A stretch of 64,000 bases of DNA, taken from assembly GCA_965237675.1 (NCBI GenBank), contig OZ250150.1:5540659-5604658 (forward strand), written 5' to 3'. Source of the DNA: Candidatus Latescibacterota bacterium. Lineage in GTDB: Bacteria > Latescibacterota > UBA2968 > GCA-2709665. The translations under genes and the position numbers were made by a program. Numbering within the stretch: the first letter of the stretch is position 1; every line of letters begins with the position of its first letter. Shown here piece after piece: positions 57,462 to 64,000 of this stretch. Below the pieces are notes generated by a model. It searched no databases, was not told where the DNA came from, and saw only the letters and a program-made list of their open reading frames with translations.

Positions 57462-58304
57462 TCAGTGCGCAAGCCACGATTCGGGACATTCGCGCCCGAG
57501 AAGATCGAACAATCTTCGATTCTCTTCGTTATAAAACCCGTACAGATGTCGAAGCACGGATTCGCTGGGTGGATAGTCGCTCTCGGGCAGAAGACGCCCC
57601 AGAACGCTTGTCAAAGGGGACAATACGGGGAAATAATACCGGGCGATCAGGTGTAATTTGCAACTGTTGAATCGGTTCACCCGCTGCGTCGACCCTGAAA
57701 AACGAAAGGAATCGTCGATTTCCAGAAATGCACAGACCTTTTTCAGGCCCTCGTGCGGACGTTGTACGATATCCTCTTCAAAGAAAAGGACCAGAATCTG
57801 ATCCCGCATGAAAAATTCCAGATAGGCCGTGAGCAGTGTGAAAAACCGGCCCACCTCGAAGATTCCGAACCCTTCCAGCAATCCGGAACGCTTACCTGCC
57901 AGCAAATCGTCCATTCGATGCAGTGGAGAAATCCGACGGGTCCGGATCAGATGCTTGACCGCGGAAACCGCCCGATCGACCGGGTTCTTGAGCGTAACGA
58001 TCAGTTTCGCATCGGGCAGATGCCGATGGATGAGCCGGTGCACATCCGGCATATGTCCTTCACCTCCCCGCCCATCTGCCCAGAAATAGTCCGGCGTTTT
58101 CTCACCAACACCCCTCCTGTTGCCCGCACCTGCGAAATGACTGGCATACCAGTCGATACCCTTTTTGTAGTTCCGGTCCTTATCGAAGAAGTGCACCTCC
58201 CGTGCGGGCATGTACACGTCCGGATGCTGGCGAAGCATGGCAGAAAGCCATGTCGTTCCGCATTTCTGCGCGCCGATAATCAGGAAATTCGGCAATCGAG
58301 CCAT
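57462..58304 (-). CDS. PAPS-dependent sulfotransferase
   Basis: LPNFLIIGAQKCGTT (5'-PSB loop), EVHFF, GEKTPDY, LKNPVDRAVS (3'-PB). Confidence 0.9.
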   Translation of the reverse strand: MARLPNFLIIGAQKCGTTWLSAMLRQHPDVYMPAREVHFFDKDRNYKKGIDWYASHFAGAGNRRGVGEKTPDYFWADGRGGEGHMPDVHRLIHRHLPDAKLIVTLKNPVDRAVSAVKHLIRTRRISPLHRMDDLLAGKRSGLLEGFGIFEVGRFFTLLTAYLEFFMRDQILVLFFEEDIVQRPHEGLKKVCAFLEIDDSFRFSGSTQRVNRFNSCKLHLIARYYFPVLSPLTSVLGRLLPESDYPPSESVLRHLYGFYNEENRRLFDLLGRECPESWLAH

Positions 58305-58313
58305 GTGCGTATC

Positions 58314-59768
58314 CTAACGCCGGATCAATCCCGCCAGGCGCATTGCCTCCGCGGCGGTTTCTCCTGAAAAAAGCCGGAAAGCCAGAGGATAGGCGAACAC
58401 GCCCGCAGCCACACAGGTCGCAAGCAACACCGGATCGGGCAGCACGCCGACCGCCAGCCACTTGTAGCCGGCGACCACTCCCATCATCAGTCCGCTGCTC
58501 AGAGCAGCGGGCTGCAACGCTTTGAGGTATTCTCCAAATGTTATTCGGGCAAGCCGGTTCACGATACTTTGCGATACCCCGGTCAGGACCACCACCCCCA
58601 GGCTCACCGCCAACGCGGCACCCGTTATCCCCCCCGTAATACCGAGCCGCACGGCCACAAGCATAAAAACGGCGGCGCCGATATTCCATATTAGCGCCAG
58701 GCCGGTGCGGCCCAGGGCGGAAAAGACCAACCCCGCCGGAGACGCGATAGACCGCAGCGCTCCAGCCGGACAGAGCAACTGAAGGACGGCCGCGGCGGGC
58801 GCCATTTCCGGCTCAAAGAGCCACACCACCCCCGGATCGGCCAACAGGTAGAACCCCGCCACAACGGGGAACACAAGAACGGCGACGTATTTCACAGTGA
58901 AAAGATACGCCCGTCCAAGCCTGACGCCATCATCCTGCAGGACGGAAAAGGCCGGAAAGGTGACCTTTGAGACCGCCTGAACCACGCGGACCTGTGGAAA
59001 CGCGATCAGCCGGTAAGCCAGCCCGTAGAAGCCCAGCGCCTCGATCCCCAGAAATCGCCCTATAAGGAGATAGTCCAGGTTCTGCTGCACATAGCCCACC
59101 AGCCTTGAACCGGTCCACGTACCGCCGAATCCGAGCAGTGCCTTTGCATCGGCGAGTGTAAAGGAGCGGTTCGGGTTTACCGGACAGAAAATCCAGGGTC
59201 CCACGCCCAGAACCACGTGGCGGACCACGTACGCCCAGATCAGACTCCACACCTCGTATCCCCACACGGCCAGCAATGCCATCGTGAATCCACTCGAAAA
59301 CGCCGCGCAGACATCCAGAATAGCCAGGTGCTTAAAACGGAACGTACGCTCCATCTGTGCCCGGGGAACGGTTCCAAGGCCCGCGCACACCACCGCCCAT
59401 GTCATTGCCGGAAGAACAGCGGAAACCTGAGGGTCATTAAAAAAAAGCCCGCCCCAGAACCGGGCGGTCAGATAGAGAAGGAAGGCCAACAGAAAGGAAA
59501 TGCACAGGCCCATCCAGAACGCTGCCGCCAAATGCGCCCCGTGCGCATCCCGCTTCTGAATGAGGGCACGTCCCAACCCCATTTCCGCGGCCAGTATGCC
59601 CACCCCCACGATCGTCGCCGCGGCAACTTCGGTCCCGAACGCCTGGGACGGGTTGCTCAGATGCCGCACCGCCAACCCCAGCGCACCCACTTGAACCAGA
59701 TAGCCAACACCCTGCGCCAGACCGGTCCACGAGAATCCCCGGACGGTTGTGCGACGCAGGTCGGTCAT
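58314..59768 (-). CDS. wzx: Wzx-type polysaccharide flippase
   Basis: Probable ATG at 59768; GLGRALIQK, NLDYLLIGRFLG..ALGFY.LAYRL, FPAFS; many TM helices. Confidence 0.85.
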   Translation of the reverse strand: MTDLRRTTVRGFSWTGLAQGVGYLVQVGALGLAVRHLSNPSQAFGTEVAAATIVGVGILAAEMGLGRALIQKRDAHGAHLAAAFWMGLCISFLLAFLLYLTARFWGGLFFNDPQVSAVLPAMTWAVVCAGLGTVPRAQMERTFRFKHLAILDVCAAFSSGFTMALLAVWGYEVWSLIWAYVVRHVVLGVGPWIFCPVNPNRSFTLADAKALLGFGGTWTGSRLVGYVQQNLDYLLIGRFLGIEALGFYGLAYRLIAFPQVRVVQAVSKVTFPAFSVLQDDGVRLGRAYLFTVKYVAVLVFPVVAGFYLLADPGVVWLFEPEMAPAAAVLQLLCPAGALRSIASPAGLVFSALGRTGLALIWNIGAAVFMLVAVRLGITGGITGAALAVSLGVVVLTGVSQSIVNRLARITFGEYLKALQPAALSSGLMMGVVAGYKWLAVGVLPDPVLLATCVAAGVFAYPLAFRLFSGETAAEAMRLAGLIRR

Positions 59769-59882
59769 CCGGCCCCTCCTTATCAGCCCGTTGAAAAAGT
59801 CCATCCGGTCTGCGGCCGGCTCTTGTGGCCGAATTACTGCGTTGCTCGGCTTCGCCTGCAGAGCAACTTTCTCAACGGACTG

Positions 59883-60857
59883 TTATGCGGTCTCCACACG
59901 GGCCAACCGCACGCCGGTCCACACCGCCGTTCCGATCACACTCACCAGGATTGTAAAGCAAACCGCGGCCGGCACCACAGCCGCCACGATTCCGGACAGG
60001 GCCAGCAACCCGCCCACAAGATGAATGCGCCGAACCGCGGCACGGACGGAATATCCCATCCTGACCAGCCGCTGAGCCACATGATCGCGGCTTTTCCGCA
60101 TCACGGGCAGGCCCTTTTTCTTTCTCACGACACAGAGAAACACGGCTTCGAAACACGGGACGCCCAGCACCACAATCGCGCACAGTTCACCCTGCACCCC
60201 CGGCATCGCCCTGGAGACCTCCACCGCCATCGCGCCAAGCACGAATCCGGAAAAAAGACTGCCGGCATCGCCCATATAGACCCGCGCCGGATGGGCGTTG
60301 TAGACCAGAAATCCAAAAAACGCTCCGGCCAGGCTGGCGCCCAGAATCACGACCGGCGCCGCGCCGGCGACCAACCCCAGGCCCGCCAGGCCAATCGAAG
60401 CGATGGCGCCCGCGCCCGCGGACAAACCATCCATCATGTCGAGCACGTTGAACGCATTGCACATCCATACCAGCCACGCTCCGGTAAGCACGGCGTCAAC
60501 CACTGTACTGCCCGTCGTATTGAACCGCAGCCCGCTCCCGACCGTTATCGCAACCGTAAAGATTTGAAATCCAAGCTTTTGAAAGGGGGACAACGGCCAT
60601 TTATCGTCGACAAATCCAATGGCGCCCATTCCGAGCGCGCCAATCCACAGGCCAATGGGAAACGACAATGGCGCAAAGGGAAGCAGCAGCAAAGTGGCAG
60701 TCGCTATGGCCACGCCGCCTATTGGAGGAACCGACTGCGCGCCGTTGGCGCCGCCCAATTTCAGCCAGGGAGCACGCAGCGCAGCGGCCCGAAGAAGCGG
60801 TGTCAATAACAGAGCGCTTCCGAAACCGAATACGAGAAAAAGAGCGGAGGACAACAC
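59883..60857 (-). CDS. WecA/MraY-family polyprenyl-phosphate sugar-1-phosphate transferase
   Basis: PPIGGVA, GFVDD, NAFNVLDMMDGL, YNAHPARVYMGDAGS. Confidence 0.9.
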   Translation of the reverse strand: MLSSALFLVFGFGSALLLTPLLRAAALRAPWLKLGGANGAQSVPPIGGVAIATATLLLLPFAPLSFPIGLWIGALGMGAIGFVDDKWPLSPFQKLGFQIFTVAITVGSGLRFNTTGSTVVDAVLTGAWLVWMCNAFNVLDMMDGLSAGAGAIASIGLAGLGLVAGAAPVVILGASLAGAFFGFLVYNAHPARVYMGDAGSLFSGFVLGAMAVEVSRAMPGVQGELCAIVVLGVPCFEAVFLCVVRKKKGLPVMRKSRDHVAQRLVRMGYSVRAAVRRIHLVGGLLALSGIVAAVVPAAVCFTILVSVIGTAVWTGVRLARVETA

Positions 60858-60893
60858 GGCGTACTTTCTGAGTGCGGGCGGAAATCGGGGTTG

Positions 60894-61098
60894 GTGTCCC
60901 GTCCCGGAAATATGAAGCCATTCTTCCCTGTCTGCGTGCGTGAGGCAGCACGCACAGGCAGGCGCCGGTTCATCCCGTCTCGCTGCGTTCCCTTCACTCG
61001 CCGACCTTGCTCACGCGCCGGTTCCTGAGCCTGTCGAAGGATGCGAGCCGGGCGACTCGGCGGCCGAATTTCGGCGATCTATTTCAGGGACAGAACAC
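60894..61098. mobile_element. MITE-like element, copy 2 (205 bp)
   Basis: GTGTCCCGTCCCGGAAATA ... TATTTCAGGGACAGAACAC termini; same internal stem as 45966-46139 plus an extra CCTGAGCCTGTCGAAGG REP-like segment. Confidence 0.7.
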
Positions 61099-62231
61099 GG
61101 GGGGTGAATTCCCTGACAGTTGGGTTGAAAGCTCCGTACAGCCTCGACAACCTGGGCCACGTCTCCTTCGGTCATGCTGGGATACAGCGGCAGCGACACC
61201 AGTTCCCTCCACACCGACTCCGTCACCGGCAACGCGCAACGATACGGCTCGTGGATCGGATAAAGGTGATTCGGATAATAATGCACGCTGGAATCGACAT
61301 CACGCCCGTGCAGGTGGGCAACCAGATTGTCCCTATCCGCCACGCGCGGGATATAGGCATGGAACGCGCTACGCGCGTACGGCGCAATCCTGGGCGTCCG
61401 CAGCCAAGTCAGATCGGAAAACGCCTTATTGTATTGCAGAACGATTTCCTGTCGCTGGGCATTGGCCGACTCCAGCCTCGCGAGTTGAACCAACCCGATG
61501 GCCGCATTCAGGTCGTTCATATAGAACTTGTGGCCCACCTCGGTGACTTCGTACATCCAACGCTTCTGCTGCGGCCCTGCCGTAAACCGGTCCCAGGTAC
61601 CCTGGGGGATGCCCATCCAGCTCAGCCGCTTCAGGCGCTCGGCCAGTTGCGCGTCGTTGGTGGTCAGCATACCGCCATCGCAGGTCGTCAGGTTCTTCTG
61701 GGCCTGGAAACTAAAACACCCGATCGTTCCCAATCCTCCAGCCATCCGGCCTTTGTACCGGGCGCCGCACGCATGGGCGGCATCCTCCACAACCGGGATT
61801 TTCCTGGGTGTGGCAATCTCCAGGATCGGGTCCATGTCGCACGGGTGGCCGCTGTGATGCACAACCATAATTGCAGCCGTTCTGTCCGATATCCGTTCGG
61901 CGACGCGATCCGGATCCAGGTTCAACGTGACGGGATCGATGTCGCAAAATACGGGGATGGCCCCGTTCTGCAGGATGGCATGGTTGGTGGCGACAAAGGT
62001 CATGGACGTGGTAATGACCTCGCGGCCCTCCACGCCGAGCACCTTGAGCGCCAGCAACAGCGCCGACGAACAGGAGTTCACGCTGACCGCAAACGACGTC
62101 CCGATATACTCGGCAAACCGTTTCTCGAAGGCCGCGGCCTTCGTGCCTGCCCCCACCCATCCGGATAGCATCACCTCGCGGACCGCCACCACCTCCTCTT
62201 CGTCGAAACAGGCCCGCCAAATCGGAATCAT
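61011..62231 (-). CDS. DegT/DnrJ/EryC1/StrS PLP-dependent sugar aminotransferase
   Basis: ATG at 62231 overlaps the upstream TGA; VNSCSSAL, TFVAT, VEDAAHACG, FSFQAQKNLTTCDGG. Confidence 0.93.
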   Translation of the reverse strand: MIPIWRACFDEEEVVAVREVMLSGWVGAGTKAAAFEKRFAEYIGTSFAVSVNSCSSALLLALKVLGVEGREVITTSMTFVATNHAILQNGAIPVFCDIDPVTLNLDPDRVAERISDRTAAIMVVHHSGHPCDMDPILEIATPRKIPVVEDAAHACGARYKGRMAGGLGTIGCFSFQAQKNLTTCDGGMLTTNDAQLAERLKRLSWMGIPQGTWDRFTAGPQQKRWMYEVTEVGHKFYMNDLNAAIGLVQLARLESANAQRQEIVLQYNKAFSDLTWLRTPRIAPYARSAFHAYIPRVADRDNLVAHLHGRDVDSSVHYYPNHLYPIHEPYRCALPVTESVWRELVSLPLYPSMTEGDVAQVVEAVRSFQPNCQGIHPPCSVPEIDRRNSAAESPGSHPSTGSGTGA

Positions 62232-63190
62232 GAAATCTCCTTCGGCCCGGAACACCCACGTGAAGAACCAAAGCCGGGCCGACCCTCAATGCCCTGCATC
62301 AGAACCCGTCGATACGCCCTCAGCCGTGCCCCGGCCTCCTGCCGGAATGGGGGCAATAAAAACAGACCTCCCCAAAGCACTGTTCTCAATACCATTTCCG
62401 GAAACGTCAGTATCCCCAGCAGGCGGGCCGCACGATCTCCCAGGTGTTTTTTGATAACGTACAGATGGCTCGCCATGCTCTCCACCAGCATTCGTTCCAG
62501 CGCCTTCTTTGAACTCTCACCCCCCGCATGGAATGCATAAGCCTCCGGCAGATAGGCCACGGTCCACCCGGCCCCACCCAGCCTGAGGCAGAAATCGACG
62601 TCTTCATAATACATAAATATGGCTTCATCCATGCCGCCGACCGCACGGAAAGCGCTACGACGCACAAGGAAACAAGCACCCGTCACCCAGTCGGCGGAAA
62701 TTGGCCCAACGGAGCTCCGGCAGCCGAATCTAAGAAATGAAAAAACAAGATGCAACAGGAATTTCCGGCAGATTTCGCCAGCCAGGCGCGGCGCCATGCC
62801 ACATGAAAGCTGCGCTCGACCTCGCCGGTCCATAAGCCGTGGCCCCACCGCGCCGACCCGGACATTGGCTTCAAGGTATTCCAACATGCGTTCAACCGAA
62901 TCCGGACCCACGGTCACGTCGGGATTCATGGCCAGAATATAGGAACCGGTGGAGACCTCCGCCCCACGGTTAACGCCTCGGCCGAACCCGAAGTTCCCTC
63001 CCGTCTCAACAAGCCTTACCCGGTCGCCAAAGGGTTCCAGCGCATCGGGACTGCCATCCGACGACGCATTGTCCACCACCACCACGTCCAGCGGCAGCCG
63101 CGCCTTTACTTCGAGGAGGGACGCGACGCACCGGGACAGGTCCTCACCCGCGTTCCAGTTCACCACCACCGCCGTCACCGCCGGTTTCAT
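62228..63190 (-). CDS. Glycosyltransferase family 2
   Basis: VVVNWN, VVDNASSDGS, NFGFGRGVN, NPD, DWVTGAC, FMYYEDVDFCLR. ATG at 63190 after AAGGAG. Confidence 0.92.
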   Translation of the reverse strand: MKPAVTAVVVNWNAGEDLSRCVASLLEVKARLPLDVVVVDNASSDGSPDALEPFGDRVRLVETGGNFGFGRGVNRGAEVSTGSYILAMNPDVTVGPDSVERMLEYLEANVRVGAVGPRLMDRRGRAQLSCGMAPRLAGEICRKFLLHLVFSFLRFGCRSSVGPISADWVTGACFLVRRSAFRAVGGMDEAIFMYYEDVDFCLRLGGAGWTVAYLPEAYAFHAGGESSKKALERMLVESMASHLYVIKKHLGDRAARLLGILTFPEMVLRTVLWGGLFLLPPFRQEAGARLRAYRRVLMQGIEGRPGFGSSRGCSGPKEIS

Positions 63191-63998
63191 CTCCTTCTCC
63201 ATCCATACGGGCCAGAATACCCAGGAAACATGCATGCCAGAAAATCAGCCGGTTGCCCATCATCGTATTGTCGGTCATAATATATACCAGAAGCGCCGCG
63301 TAAACCGCGAGAAACGCAACGCAGAATCCCTTGACGTGCGGATCCTCCGTGCGGCGAAACTGGCTGTAGGCGATCCGCAGCCCCCTGACAAATATCCACA
63401 AGAAGGCAATTACGCCCAGAATTCCCATGCGCAACATAATCGTCAAATAGGTATTGTCCACACCGCCTGACGTAAATACGTAGGGTTGGGAATACTCGTC
63501 GACCCGCAAATAGGAAATCGTGGCGCCGTGTCCCCCGCCGAGAAGGGGTCGCTGCCATATCTTCTCCAGGGCCAGCGCATAGGCCAGCAGGCGTCCCTGA
63601 ATTGCCAGGTCTCCCTCGGTCACGGTGCGCCGCAACCGATGGGCCGCCATGTCCTCGACGCCCGCGCCCGTGAACTGTTGGAAATAATAGCCCAGGCCGA
63701 CGAGTAATACAGGAATCAGCATCAACGTCAGAATCCGCCGTCCTCGATGTCTCCCCCGGTCCAGCAAGACGAGACCGCCCACGCAGAACAGCCCGAACAA
63801 CAGGCTGCCCCACATCGCGCGTCCCATCGTGACCACCAGCGCAAGACCGATGGGTACCAGAAGAAGACCACCGAACATGCGCCGAACGGGTGACGTGTCG
63901 TATAAAAACGATGCCGTAAGAACCAGTACGCCCATCGGAAGCAGGAGCCCCTCCCGCCGGGCCACGCGGTAGAACGACCCGGCAAAAGAGAGATCGAC
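63144..63998 (-). CDS. O-antigen ligase/Wzy-like polymerase; 5' part outside the window
   Basis: TM helices; TMGRAMW, GRLLAY...RPLLGGGHG...VDNTYLTIMLRMGILG. Frame is open to the window edge. Confidence 0.8.
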   Translation of the reverse strand, partial: VDLSFAGSFYRVARREGLLLPMGVLVLTASFLYDTSPVRRMFGGLLLVPIGLALVVTMGRAMWGSLLFGLFCVGGLVLLDRGRHRGRRILTLMLIPVLLVGLGYYFQQFTGAGVEDMAAHRLRRTVTEGDLAIQGRLLAYALALEKIWQRPLLGGGHGATISYLRVDEYSQPYVFTSGGVDNTYLTIMLRMGILGVIAFLWIFVRGLRIAYSQFRRTEDPHVKGFCVAFLAVYAALLVYIMTDNTMMGNRLIFWHACFLGILARMDGEGDETGGDGGGGELERG

Positions 63999-64000
63999 AG

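Noticed and set aside
17-63985. Many long plus-strand ORFs (e.g. 574-1506, 12685-13881, 31895-33364, 49973-51475, 59217-60809, 61041-62168)
   Set aside because: Antisense shadows of GC-rich minus-strand genes with no recognisable motifs. Only the transposase is a credible plus-strand gene.
1-64000. tRNA, rRNA or known riboswitch
   Set aside because: None recognised by eye; a covariance-model scan was not possible.

Overview
GC-rich bacterial DNA, almost all coding on the minus strand, in three blocks. (1) ~1-42.6 kb: an array of large secreted multidomain proteins built from a shared module kit: metzincin and M8-like Zn proteases, WD40, YWTD (LDLR-B) and 'GIWSDGTTMWVAD' propeller repeats, LRR, FN3, cadherin/CARDB-like, GLUG and a 107-aa repeat. 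Eleven of them carry a paired Ca-loop dockerin-like tag, in three sequence classes. Two also carry cohesin-like modules. The first gene in transcription order (41742-42551) is a cohesin-like domain fused to an intact FlgD-Ig/T9SS-type C-terminal sorting domain (CTD). Decayed copies of such a CTD lie right behind the stop codons of several dockerin genes. The block also holds a 1816-bp IS (6-bp target duplication) and several pseudogenes. (2) ~43.6-45.2 kb: two tandem receiver-AraC regulators whose phospho-acceptor Asp appears replaced by Glu. (3) ~46.2-64 kb: a PorU-like C25 peptidase at the end of a surface-polysaccharide cluster, with two MITE-like elements nearby. The best candidate for an undescribed system is a cellulosome-like cohesin-dockerin surface platform that displays proteases and eukaryote-like repeat proteins instead of glycosidases, possibly anchored by the PorU-like enzyme and glycan locus. 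The domain repertoire suggests an FCB-group marine sponge symbiont (Latescibacterota-like); this is inference. All domain calls come from reading motifs by eye, not from database searches.
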